DNA of 64,000 nucleotides from Fidelibacterota bacterium (GTDB lineage Bacteria; Fidelibacterota; Marinisomatia; Marinisomatales; JACNKV01): NCBI GenBank assembly GCA_014381855.1, contig JACNKV010000035.1, positions 16,080 to 80,079 of the forward strand, read 5' to 3'. Shown piece by piece: positions 55,426 to 64,000 of this stretch (position 1 is its first letter; each line of letters starts with the position of its first letter). The notes under the pieces were generated by a model. It saw only the letters and a program-made list of their open reading frames with translations, ran no database searches and was not told where the DNA came from. The position numbers and the translations under genes were made by a program.

Positions 55426-56333
55426 GCTGATATAATCTCGCTGTTAAACCCAAGAAGTGTAATCTCTAATTCCAGATCAATATCAAATTTGTTTTTTACC
55501 GATGTTCGGGCTATATGAATCAGATTTATAATATCTTTGGCATTTGCATTTCCGGTATTCACAAAAAAGTTCGCATGCTTTTCAGAAATGAGTGCATTTC
55601 CGGATCTAGTTCCTTTTAAGCCTGCTTTATCAATAAGATATCCGGCCGCTACGTCATCCGGGTTTTTGAAAACACTCCCGGAAGATCGAAAGTTTAATGG
55701 TTGTGACGATTTTCGTTTCAATCCTGTTTCCTTCATGTTCTTCTGAATGGTCTCAATGTCACCGGCGGGAAATTGAAATTCAGCCCGCAGTATAATGGAT
55801 TCAGGAGATAGTGACGTATGTCGATACTCAAACTTAATCGATTCTGAAGAAAACGTATTAACTGACCCATTCTCATTCATAATATCCAATGATGTTAAAT
55901 GCACAGATATTTCTTGTCCGTATGCTCCGGCGTTCATGAAGATGGCTCCGCCGACTGTTCCGGGAATTCCGATGAGGTTTTCACATCCTGTAAGTCGATG
56001 TTTTGCGGCTTCTTTGACAAGCTTTCCTAACATGACTCCCGCGCCTACGCTCACATGGTTTTTATCAAACACAAGTTCGCTAAATTCTTTTTTCAAGGAG
56101 ATTACGATACCACGTATCCCCAAGTCTGAAACAAGTATATTTGAACCTGAGCCCAAAAATACTGTTGGGATGTTCATTCTCCGGGCGTAGCTAAGAACAG
56201 TGCGTAAATCATCCGTATCTTTCGGAATAACATAGGCGTCTGCCGGACCGCCAATCCCATAAGTGGTATGACGACTCATCGGCTCATTCAACAAGCATGA
56301 TCCTGATACGATTTGCTTTAACTCAGTCAACAT
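55422..56333 (-). CDS. murB: UDP-N-acetylenolpyruvoylglucosamine reductase
   Basis: FAD-binding domain motifs TTYGIGGPA, LGSGSNILVSD and PGTVGGAIFMNAGAYG; C-terminal SGSVFKNP. Confidence 0.94.
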   Translation of the reverse strand: MLTELKQIVSGSCLLNEPMSRHTTYGIGGPADAYVIPKDTDDLRTVLSYARRMNIPTVFLGSGSNILVSDLGIRGIVISLKKEFSELVFDKNHVSVGAGVMLGKLVKEAAKHRLTGCENLIGIPGTVGGAIFMNAGAYGQEISVHLTSLDIMNENGSVNTFSSESIKFEYRHTSLSPESIILRAEFQFPAGDIETIQKNMKETGLKRKSSQPLNFRSSGSVFKNPDDVAAGYLIDKAGLKGTRSGNALISEKHANFFVNTGNANAKDIINLIHIARTSVKNKFDIDLELEITLLGFNSEIISA

Positions 56334-57714
56334 GATTAAAATAGTTTGTCAGATGTTCGACCAGTGTTTCACTATAACGCCAGATTGTTCCTGCTCCCAT
56401 GGTGATTATCATATCTCCCGGTTGTGCCACGGTTTCAATGTGAGTAGATAAATCATCTAAATGTTTAAGAAATTGCACATTCGGATGTCCCAACTTTTTT
56501 GCCGCATTTGAGACCAATTCTCCTGTAATCCCAGGGATAGATTCTTCCCGGGCAGGATAAATATCCGTGACTATCAACACATCGCTATCTAAGAATGCCT
56601 TTGCAAAGTCTTGATGAAAATCACGGGTGCGAGAATATAAGTGAGGTTGAAATACAGCGATAATTCTTCGACTCCATCCGGATTTTGCAGCTTGTAAGGT
56701 GGCAAGGACTTCTGTCGGGTGATGTGCATAATCATCTATAACCATGATGTCGTTGACAATGCCTTTAGTTTCAAATCGCCGTCTTACACCGGAATAGGTT
56801 TCCAAACCCTCCGCGATAGTATTGAATGGGATTCCCATTTCAATTCCTAAAGCAATCGCAGCCAGTGAATTGAGAACATTATGCTCGCCTGGGACATTCA
56901 ACGTAACTTCTCCTAATTTCTCTCCCCGTTGATTCACGGTAAAACGGGCTGAGTTTTCTAAGAAGGAAATGTCGACTGCACGAAACATTGTATTTTCAGA
57001 AATTCCGTATGTTATTATAGGACGTTTTACTTCCGGTAATATCTTCCTAACAGATGGTGAATCTATGCACGCAATCACTACACCATAAAACGGGACAGAA
57101 TTGCTGAATTGTATAAAAGCATTTTGCAGATCTTCTAAACTTTCGTAGCAGTCTGTGTGCTCTAGCTCGATGTTCGTTATAACAGAAATAGTCGGTCGGA
57201 GAGCCAAGAAACTTCGATCATATTCATCGGCTTCTACCACGATGGTATCCCCTGCCCCTAATATAGAATTTGTACCAAGGGTTTTGACAAGTCCGCCAAC
57301 AACAAGGGTCGGGTCGATCTCTGCAGCAGAGAGAACGTTTCCTATCATAAAAGAGGTGGATGTTTTCCCGTGCGTTCCGCCTACACCGATACTCGTCTCT
57401 TTAACGGCGATGAGCTCACCAAGCATCTCAGCTCGTCGAATGACAGGGATTCCACGCTTCACGGCTTCTACAATTTCCGGATTATCTTGTTTCACCGCAC
57501 TGGAATAAACTAGAACATCAGCATCAGTCAGATTTTTCGCATGATGTCCTTTTGAAATGGTGGCTCCTTTAGATTTAAGGTGGCGTATGAGTTCTGAATC
57601 GTTTAAGTCTGAGCCGGTTATTTGAAAATCAAGATTAATGAGAAGTTCCGCAATACCGCTCATGCCGATACCGCCAATTCCAACAAAATGCACTTTTTTT
57701 ACTGTCCTAAACAT
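56323..57714 (-). CDS. murC: UDP-N-acetylmuramate--L-alanine ligase
   Basis: VHFVGIGGIGMSGIAELL, GVGGTHGKTSTS and DDYAHHPTE motifs. Confidence 0.95.
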   Translation of the reverse strand: MFRTVKKVHFVGIGGIGMSGIAELLINLDFQITGSDLNDSELIRHLKSKGATISKGHHAKNLTDADVLVYSSAVKQDNPEIVEAVKRGIPVIRRAEMLGELIAVKETSIGVGGTHGKTSTSFMIGNVLSAAEIDPTLVVGGLVKTLGTNSILGAGDTIVVEADEYDRSFLALRPTISVITNIELEHTDCYESLEDLQNAFIQFSNSVPFYGVVIACIDSPSVRKILPEVKRPIITYGISENTMFRAVDISFLENSARFTVNQRGEKLGEVTLNVPGEHNVLNSLAAIALGIEMGIPFNTIAEGLETYSGVRRRFETKGIVNDIMVIDDYAHHPTEVLATLQAAKSGWSRRIIAVFQPHLYSRTRDFHQDFAKAFLDSDVLIVTDIYPAREESIPGITGELVSNAAKKLGHPNVQFLKHLDDLSTHIETVAQPGDMIITMGAGTIWRYSETLVEHLTNYFNHVD

Positions 57715-58810
57715 TGGGGTTTGCCAACGCTAAAATGTGGTTTACTATGGATTCCGTGGCATCCGGTTTTCCCAATGAGGTCGAATGCGTTGCCATCGTT
57801 TGAAGGGCCCCTTTTTTTTGGAATAGCTTCATGACCATATGGGAAAGTTCAGTTGCCGACAGCGCGGATTCTTCAATCATGACGGCCGCATTTTCATGGA
57901 TAAGTGATTGAGCATTTTTCATCTGATGGTCACCGGCGGCAGCGGGGAAGGGCACCAGAATGCTCGGCTTTCCGCATAATGTAATCTCTGACAACGTCAG
58001 TGCTCCGGCACGAGAAATAATGATATCAGCAAGTGCGTACGCTTCAGCCATATGGTCGATAAATGGAAGAACACGAACCATGTCAGAATCATGATGTCTG
58101 TACTCCTGATATTGCCAATGTCCGGTTTGCCAAAGAACCTGAATTTCTTTTTTGGATAAGATTTCGACCGCCTTGTTCATCACCTTATTTAATGCAGCCG
58201 ATCCTTGACTTCCGCCAAAGAGAAAGACGGTTCGTTTTTCCGGGTTTAAGTTAAAGGTGGAAAATGCCTTCAGGCGGTCTCCATTTTGAATCCCCTTACG
58301 TATAGGGTTGCCGGTTAGGTCACAGTCTCGATTTAAATATTTTTTTGCTTCTTCAAAGGCAATGCAGACTGTTTTTGCTTTTGAAGCATACCACCGAGTG
58401 GTGATTCCCGGATAAGAGTTTTGTTCCTGTAACAGAATAGGAATTTGTTCACGAACTGCAACTTTCAATGGAATTGCACTGGCATATCCTCCGGTGCCGA
58501 CGACAATGTGAGGTGCAAATTGATGAAAGAGAGATTGCGTAATCCCAATAGATTTCATGTATCGCATCGGGAGTTTTACGTTTTGAGTAAGAGATTTAAA
58601 ACTAAAACTTCGCTGAATTCCGCGGATGGGAACCAGTGTGTGCGGTAATCCACGAACTGGAAGCACTTCAGCCTCAATCCCAAAGGTGGACCCCATGTAG
58701 TGGATGTTGATCCTTGGGTCACGCTGTTGGAGAGCTTCTCCAATCGCAATGGCAGGGAAGAGGTGTCCGCCAGTGCCACCGCCGGAAATCAATATCCGTA
58801 AATCAGTCAT
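57707..58810 (-). CDS. murG: undecaprenyldiphospho-muramoylpentapeptide beta-N-acetylglucosaminyltransferase
   Basis: ILISGGGTGGHLFPAIAI G-loop. The GT28 N and C domains are present. In dcw context. Confidence 0.95.
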   Translation of the reverse strand: MTDLRILISGGGTGGHLFPAIAIGEALQQRDPRINIHYMGSTFGIEAEVLPVRGLPHTLVPIRGIQRSFSFKSLTQNVKLPMRYMKSIGITQSLFHQFAPHIVVGTGGYASAIPLKVAVREQIPILLQEQNSYPGITTRWYASKAKTVCIAFEEAKKYLNRDCDLTGNPIRKGIQNGDRLKAFSTFNLNPEKRTVFLFGGSQGSAALNKVMNKAVEILSKKEIQVLWQTGHWQYQEYRHHDSDMVRVLPFIDHMAEAYALADIIISRAGALTLSEITLCGKPSILVPFPAAAGDHQMKNAQSLIHENAAVMIEESALSATELSHMVMKLFQKKGALQTMATHSTSLGKPDATESIVNHILALANPNV

Positions 58811-59936
58811 GAAGCATGGACCTCCATCCGTGTTTGGCTGTGACCGACCGCTTGGCTTGACTGATATTTAACAAAATACCCATTCCTGCAAGATTAATCA
58901 GCATCCCGGAGCCGCCATAGCTAATCAAGGGCATGGGTAATCCGGTGACAGGAAAGACATTGGTGACGACCGCTGCATTAACAAATGCGTACAAAATGAA
59001 ACTGAATGAAATACCAATTGCCAGCATGATACCAAATGGGTCGGTAGAACGTTTTGCGATTCTAATTCCTCGCTGAAAAATGAATAAAAAGATTGTAAGA
59101 ATGACCACTCCCCCGACAAATCCTAATTCTTCTCCAATGATTGCGAAAATAAAGTCAGTGTGAGGTTCCGGTAGGAATAGATTTTTTTCCATACTGTTTC
59201 CGAGCCCTAAACCAAAGAATCCTCCGTTACTTAAGCTGATTAATGACTGATGTGTTTGATAGCCAATTGTTGCCGTATCTTGGTTGCCGTTAAACCAATC
59301 CATGACTCTTGCGCGACGATATGTTTCCATCATGAGAACAGGAATAGCTACGACTAAACCGGTCGCTCCCGTTGCTAAGAGTTGGGGGAGACGTGCACCT
59401 CCGGTGAATAACATAATCGTCCCGATAAGTCCAATCATTGCGGCGGTACTAAAATCCGGTTGGATGACAATAACACCCATTAACAAAACGATAATCAAAA
59501 CAGGCGGGAGAAATCCATGATAAAAATCTTTAAGCTGCTCTCTTTTAAGGTCGATGTAAGCAGCTAAATAGATGATGAGCGAAAGTCTGGCGATATCGGA
59601 AGTTTGAAAAGAAAATGGTCCCAAAAACAGCCACCGCGAAGCGAAAAATATCTTTGTTAATATTAATAACACTATTGAACCAGTGATGAGCCAGAAAGAA
59701 ATCGTTTTTAATTTTCTATAATCAAGCATCATGAATCCAAACATAACAATGATGCTAATTAATGCACGCTTCAGATGTGCAACAAGATATACAGTATCTG
59801 TCCGTCCTCCGGTTTCTGTTAATGACCGTACAGAACTGGCACTGTATAACATGATTGTCCCCAAAACCAGTAATGCAATAATTGCACCCAGTAAAACCCG
59901 ATCATAGTTTTTTGTAATGACGTTTAGATAATGCAT
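58803..59936 (-). CDS. ftsW: SEDS-family peptidoglycan polymerase FtsW
   Basis: About 10 TM helices. PEPHTDFIFAIIGEELGF and GLPMPLISYGGSGML motifs. Located between murD and murG. Confidence 0.92.
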   Translation of the reverse strand: MHYLNVITKNYDRVLLGAIIALLVLGTIMLYSASSVRSLTETGGRTDTVYLVAHLKRALISIIVMFGFMMLDYRKLKTISFWLITGSIVLLILTKIFFASRWLFLGPFSFQTSDIARLSLIIYLAAYIDLKREQLKDFYHGFLPPVLIIVLLMGVIVIQPDFSTAAMIGLIGTIMLFTGGARLPQLLATGATGLVVAIPVLMMETYRRARVMDWFNGNQDTATIGYQTHQSLISLSNGGFFGLGLGNSMEKNLFLPEPHTDFIFAIIGEELGFVGGVVILTIFLFIFQRGIRIAKRSTDPFGIMLAIGISFSFILYAFVNAAVVTNVFPVTGLPMPLISYGGSGMLINLAGMGILLNISQAKRSVTAKHGWRSMLHD

Positions 59937-59938
59937 TG

Positions 59939-61360
59939 TTAATGTGCCTGCCCGCCGTTTTTTTGCGGGTTGGTATGTTCATATTTCACGTCCAACTGAC
60001 GTACCCAATATTTGAACTGATTTCCGCGGTCTTCAAAACTTGAAAACTGGTCGAAACTCGAGCAACCGGGTGACAGCAAAACAACATCCCCCGGCTGAGC
60101 AAGTGTATGACTCATTGCAACAGCATCTTTGAGTCTCTCCGTTTTGGATAGACTTACCGCATCCCCTAGAGCTGCTGCAACGATATTTCGAGCCTGTCCG
60201 TATGCGAAAACTTTTTTTAAATTGTTTGCATGCGGAAGCAAATCTTTAAAATCTCCTCCCTTGAATTTTCCCCCAAGAATGAGAATTAGCGGTTCCGTGT
60301 AACTTTCCATGGCAACACAAACTGCATCAATATTTGTCGCTTTAGAATCATTTACGTATTGTACCCCGGAGATGGATGAAACACGCTCCAACCGATGTGG
60401 AACGCCCGAGTAATTGCGCATAACTTCCGAAATATTGTCATCTGAAATTCCGGCAAAATGTGCAGCAGTTGCAGCAGCTAAAAGGTTGGTTAAGTTATGC
60501 AATCCGGGTAGAGAAACTTCATCTGTTCTGATAAGAGTGGCGTGCTCTTCATTAAGAATTTTATCATTTTCGACTTGAAACGGAGCCGTAGAATCAGCAT
60601 TAAGAGTGTATGCGATTTTTTTTGCAGGCGATGCAGATATTTTTTCAACCAAAATTGGATCATCCCCAAAATAGATAAGCGTATCGTCCTTAGTTTGATT
60701 CGTCATCATTGCCATTTTTGCATTGACGTAATCATTCATGGTGAGATATCTATCCAAGTGGTCGGGAGAGATATTGAGAAATACCGAGATGGACGGCTTG
60801 AAATGATGGATAAATTCCATCTGAAAGCTTGAGATTTCAAGGATGTAAATGCGCTTTGTGTCCCGCGATTTCAAATCGTTCAAGATCATTTCCGAGAAGG
60901 GGACTCCCATATTTCCTGCGAGGGCAGGATGGATATCTTGTGTTTGACACATTTGTTTTAATGCATGAACGGTGGTAGTTTTTCCGTTGGATCCGGTAAC
61001 GGCAATCACCGGTGCATCTGTAAACCAACTTGCAAATTCTATTTCACTCACAACCGGAATATTCTGGTTTTTCGCTTCAACAATAATCTCAGCATCCTTG
61101 GGTACACCCGGAGAGACTATCCAAAGATCAGCGTTATAAATTCTTTCAGAATGTTCACCGCACTCGCAATCAATGCCATAGGATTCAAGAGTAATGACAT
61201 TCCGCTGAACCTCATTGGTTGTGCCGGGGTCACTGGTAAATACGATTCCCCCCTTGTGATGAGCAAGTTGCGCAGCAGACGTCCCGCTTTTACCCAAACC
61301 GATAACGGAGATATTTTTTCCTCGAATATTAATATTATTTCGTGTTTGAATATTGATCAT
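59939..61360 (-). CDS. murD: UDP-N-acetylmuramoylalanine--D-glutamate ligase
   Basis: VIGLGKSGTSAA and VTGSNGKTTT motifs. The preferred start, ATG at 61360, forms ATGA with the mraY stop. The ORF-track start at 61414 would add 18 aa lying inside mraY. Confidence 0.93.
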   Translation of the reverse strand: MINIQTRNNINIRGKNISVIGLGKSGTSAAQLAHHKGGIVFTSDPGTTNEVQRNVITLESYGIDCECGEHSERIYNADLWIVSPGVPKDAEIIVEAKNQNIPVVSEIEFASWFTDAPVIAVTGSNGKTTTVHALKQMCQTQDIHPALAGNMGVPFSEMILNDLKSRDTKRIYILEISSFQMEFIHHFKPSISVFLNISPDHLDRYLTMNDYVNAKMAMMTNQTKDDTLIYFGDDPILVEKISASPAKKIAYTLNADSTAPFQVENDKILNEEHATLIRTDEVSLPGLHNLTNLLAAATAAHFAGISDDNISEVMRNYSGVPHRLERVSSISGVQYVNDSKATNIDAVCVAMESYTEPLILILGGKFKGGDFKDLLPHANNLKKVFAYGQARNIVAAALGDAVSLSKTERLKDAVAMSHTLAQPGDVVLLSPGCSSFDQFSSFEDRGNQFKYWVRQLDVKYEHTNPQKNGGQAH

Positions 61361-62460
61361 CGGATTTTGAATGTAGTGAGTGAAAACAACGCTAAAAGAA
61401 TTCCGATAATCCAAAACCGTATGACAACTCGTGTTTCGGGCCAGCCTTTCAGTTCAAAATGATGATGAATCGGCGCCATTTTAAAAAGGCGTATTCCAGA
61501 CCCGGTTCGTTTCTTTGTCCAGCGAAAATATCCCATTTGAAGCATCACAGATATTGCTTCCCAAACAAACACGCCACCGATAATGAACAATAAAAATTCT
61601 TTTTTTAATAAGACGGCAAGCGTTCCCAGAGCTGCACCGGTGGATAGAGAACCTACATCTCCCATAAACACTTGCGCTGGCGCAGCGTTAAACCACAAGA
61701 ATCCAAGACATGCTCCTGCCATCGCGGCTGCAAAAACAGTGAGTTCTCCTGCTCCCGGAAGGTAAAGAATATTAAGATATTCTGAGAAATCCACGCGACC
61801 GGTGATATACGTAATCGCTGCAAAGACTGTGAAAGCGATTGCCAACAGACCGGTTGCGAGTCCGTCTAATCCGTCGGTGAGATTGACGGCATTGGATGTA
61901 CCGGTAATGACGAGTATAATAATCAACGGATAGAAAAACCCAAAATTAATATACATGTTTTTCAGGAAAGGGACGAATGTTGCATTCCAATTGCCCGAGT
62001 ATTCAGGAACATTATAAATCCAAAAGCTAACGACAACACCCAAAAGAACTTGACCAACCAGTTTATAGACGGCGATAAGTCCTTTTTTCTTTTTCTTTAC
62101 GACCTTTAAATAATCATCTAAGAATCCTATGACACCCATCCAGATAGTAGCGATGAGAACAATTTGAATAAACATGTTATCCAGTTTTGCAAAGAGTAAG
62201 GTAGGGAGGAGTACCGCGGTTAGAATGAGTACTCCTCCCATGGTCGGCGTGCCCTTCTTCTTGAGATGGGTCTCTGGTCCGTCGGATCGGATTTGTTCAC
62301 CGATTTGGTGAGTTTGTAGCTTGTGGATGACCCACGGACCTATAAGGAAACTTATGCCAAGCGCTGAAATCGCAGCCATTGCAGATCGAAATGTGATGTA
62401 TTGGAAAATGTTCAATATCGACCAATATTCTTTTAATGGATAGAGGAAGTGAAAAAGCAT
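61357..62460 (-). CDS. mraY: phospho-N-acetylmuramoyl-pentapeptide transferase
   Basis: GTPTMGGVLIL, NAVNLTDGLDGLA, MGDVGSLSTGAALG and APIHHHFE motifs. Confidence 0.96.
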   Translation of the reverse strand: MLFHFLYPLKEYWSILNIFQYITFRSAMAAISALGISFLIGPWVIHKLQTHQIGEQIRSDGPETHLKKKGTPTMGGVLILTAVLLPTLLFAKLDNMFIQIVLIATIWMGVIGFLDDYLKVVKKKKKGLIAVYKLVGQVLLGVVVSFWIYNVPEYSGNWNATFVPFLKNMYINFGFFYPLIIILVITGTSNAVNLTDGLDGLATGLLAIAFTVFAAITYITGRVDFSEYLNILYLPGAGELTVFAAAMAGACLGFLWFNAAPAQVFMGDVGSLSTGAALGTLAVLLKKEFLLFIIGGVFVWEAISVMLQMGYFRWTKKRTGSGIRLFKMAPIHHHFELKGWPETRVVIRFWIIGILLALFSLTTFKIR

Positions 62461-63800
62461 TATCCGATTAATCCTTTGATAATTGTTTCCATTTCCATTC
62501 CCCTCGATCCTTTAACAAGGACGACATCTCCCGGCTTGATTAAAGCGCCTACGGATGAAATACAGTCCTTTTTGGAAGAAAAATGTTTGTGAAGCATTCC
62601 TGAATTGAGAGTATTATCTGTTGTTTTTGTTTCTGCTCCAACCGTAAATACACCGTCCAGTTTTTTCTGCATACATTTCTCACCAATTTTTCGATGAGCA
62701 GAGATGGTTTCTTCTCCAAGTTCGAACATATCTCCGAATATAAAATATTGCTGTCCGGAATTATTAAATGATTTCAAATAATCAATTGCTGCTAATGTGG
62801 ACTCTAAATTTGCATTGTATGTATCGTCAATAAAGGTGACATTGTTAAATTGTTTTAATGTGCATCTTCCTTCCGGAGGGGTAAAGGTCTGTATTTGATT
62901 TTGGAACGTTTCCCAACTTACCCCCATTGTTATAGCTACCGCTGCAGCGGAAAGTACGTTTTTCGCAAAGGACATGTTTTGTGAGAACGTCTGAATCTCC
63001 ATAGAATTGATTATAAGAGTGATGCCATCATTTTTCTCGTGATAAATGTCTGCCGAAAAATCACAATCCGGGGTGAACCCAAATGTGACTGATATTCCCT
63101 CATTGTGGAAAGTAGAAATATATATATCCGATTTATTGACGAATGAGATTCCATTTTTCAAGGAATGGTAAAGCTCTCTTTTTTCTTGCACAATATTATC
63201 TACACTTCCAAAACCTTCGAGGTGTGCCGGAGCAATATTGGTAATCAAACCGTGAGTAGGGTTTGCAACCCTGGCTAAATAGGCAATGTCGCCGGGTGCA
63301 CTTGCACCCATTTCCAAAACGGAGATCGTGTGCGTTTCGTTAAGCAGCAACAATGTGAGCGGCAGACTGATTGATGTGTTGAAGTTTCCTTCAGTGGCAT
63401 GAACAGTATATTCATGTTGAAAAATGTGTTTTAGCAACTCTTTTGTAGATGTTTTTCCGTTGGTTCCGGTGATGCCGATAACAGGAATGTCAAATTGCTT
63501 TCGCCAGTAATGTGCGATGTCGCCGATAGTATTTAATGGATCATCCACCACAATTTGTTGCAAATTGTCGATTGATGCTTCCTGCTTACGTACCAAGCAA
63601 GCAACGGCACCTTTTTTTTGAGCATCCGAGATAAATTGATGACCGTCAACATGCTCACCCTTTAGGGCGATATAAAGATCTCCCGGCTGAACAAGGCGAC
63701 TGTCAATTGTTAGCCCGGTAACCGGGTTGTCAAATACTACTCCTGTCCTCTCAGAAAAGATTTTTTGAATCGCCGTTGGGTCTGGAAGTTGTATTCTCAT
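62460..63800 (-). CDS. murF: UDP-N-acetylmuramoyl-tripeptide--D-alanyl-D-alanine ligase
   Basis: GITGTNGKTSTKE motif and Mur ligase middle and C domains. The ATG at 63800 forms ATGA with the murE stop. The ORF-track start (TTG at 63806) is two codons longer. Confidence 0.93.
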   Translation of the reverse strand: MRIQLPDPTAIQKIFSERTGVVFDNPVTGLTIDSRLVQPGDLYIALKGEHVDGHQFISDAQKKGAVACLVRKQEASIDNLQQIVVDDPLNTIGDIAHYWRKQFDIPVIGITGTNGKTSTKELLKHIFQHEYTVHATEGNFNTSISLPLTLLLLNETHTISVLEMGASAPGDIAYLARVANPTHGLITNIAPAHLEGFGSVDNIVQEKRELYHSLKNGISFVNKSDIYISTFHNEGISVTFGFTPDCDFSADIYHEKNDGITLIINSMEIQTFSQNMSFAKNVLSAAAVAITMGVSWETFQNQIQTFTPPEGRCTLKQFNNVTFIDDTYNANLESTLAAIDYLKSFNNSGQQYFIFGDMFELGEETISAHRKIGEKCMQKKLDGVFTVGAETKTTDNTLNSGMLHKHFSSKKDCISSVGALIKPGDVVLVKGSRGMEMETIIKGLIG

Positions 63801-64000
63801 ACGCAATAACTCTGAATAATCTTGATGTCTGAGTACTGAATTTTTTCACCACGGACGTCCTGATACTCTTCACGTCCCTTACCAAGGACAATAAGGACAT
63901 CTCCATTCTTTAATGTCGCTAATGCTGTTTTAAGTGCCTCACCGCGGTCAAGAAATACTTGATATGACTCTCCCGTAAAACCGGAAACAACTTCATTGTT
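63797..64000 (-). CDS. murE: UDP-N-acetylmuramoyl-L-alanyl-D-glutamate--2,6-diaminopimelate (or lysine) ligase, C-terminal 67 aa only
   Basis: My own translation of the minus strand is ..NNEVVSGFTGESYQVFLDRGEALKTALATLKNGDVLIVLGKGREEYQDVRGEKIQYSDIKIIQSYCV*. The LGKGxE..Q motif and the position upstream of murF support the call. Confidence 0.85.
   Translation of the reverse strand, partial: NNEVVSGFTGESYQVFLDRGEALKTALATLKNGDVLIVLGKGREEYQDVRGEKIQYSDIKIIQSYCV

Noticed and set aside
61361-61414. N-terminal 18-aa extension of murD given by the ORF track
   Set aside because: It would overlap the mraY 3' end by 58 nt. The ATG at 61360 forms the usual ATGA stop/start overlap with mraY and precedes the conserved Rossmann-like GLGKSG motif at a normal distance.
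52161-64000. The dcw cluster as unusual (no ddl between murC and ftsQ, murB present instead, nearly every junction overlapping)
   Set aside because: The gene order murE-murF-mraY-murD-ftsW-murG-murC-murB-ftsQ-ftsA-ftsZ and the tight overlaps are common outside the Enterobacteria. All proteins carry intact signature motifs, so this is ordinary housekeeping.

Overview
Bacterial chromosomal window, AT-rich by eye and almost fully coding. It probably comes from an FCB-group Gram-negative bacterium. Five proteins end in canonical type-A T9SS C-terminal sorting domains (..PNPFNP.. to ..LLK) and a sixth in a divergent version. There is also a PorV/PorQ-like barrel and TAAATTTG-type -7 boxes. No SusD-like gene occurs in the window, so the organism may lie outside classical Bacteroidia; finer placement is not possible from sequence alone. 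The window has four blocks. (1) 1-7.1 kb is housekeeping: aconitase 3' part, a coiled-coil protein, an M23 peptidase, miaB, a lapA/lapB-like pair, a SPOR protein and tRNA-Sec. (2) 7.2-40.4 kb is a very large alpha-glucan (starch/pullulan/glycogen) utilisation super-locus. It holds five GH13-type enzymes, GH77 MalQ, a GT35 phosphorylase, a sodium:solute symporter, a TrmB-family regulator and a CotH-LTD protein. It also holds a TonB-dependent receptor + 1,410-aa Asp-rich giant + PorV-like barrel, and a 1,081-aa multi-module protein carrying an apparently perfect 1.43-kb in-frame tandem duplication. A 22-bp palindrome (GTAACTC-N6-GAGTTAC) recurs in three promoter regions of this block. (3) 40.5-51.6 kb holds a SurA-like PPIase, an SGNH-TPR membrane protein, a T9SS EEP-family enzyme, a carbamoyltransferase/SxtJ/DUF5989 triad (its 52-aa member is below the ORF-track cut-off) and a sixth GH13 of about 1,387 aa with a T9SS CTD. 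(4) 51.8-64 kb holds rpmB, a bidirectional terminator and a compact dcw cluster on the minus strand (murE partial, murF, mraY, murD, ftsW, murG, murC, murB, ftsQ, ftsA, ftsZ). I saw no transposase, integrase, CRISPR array or rRNA. The best candidate for an undescribed system is the SusD-less receptor/giant/PorV-like trio at 28.3-37.0 kb, together with its shared palindromic operator and the duplicated binding protein next door.
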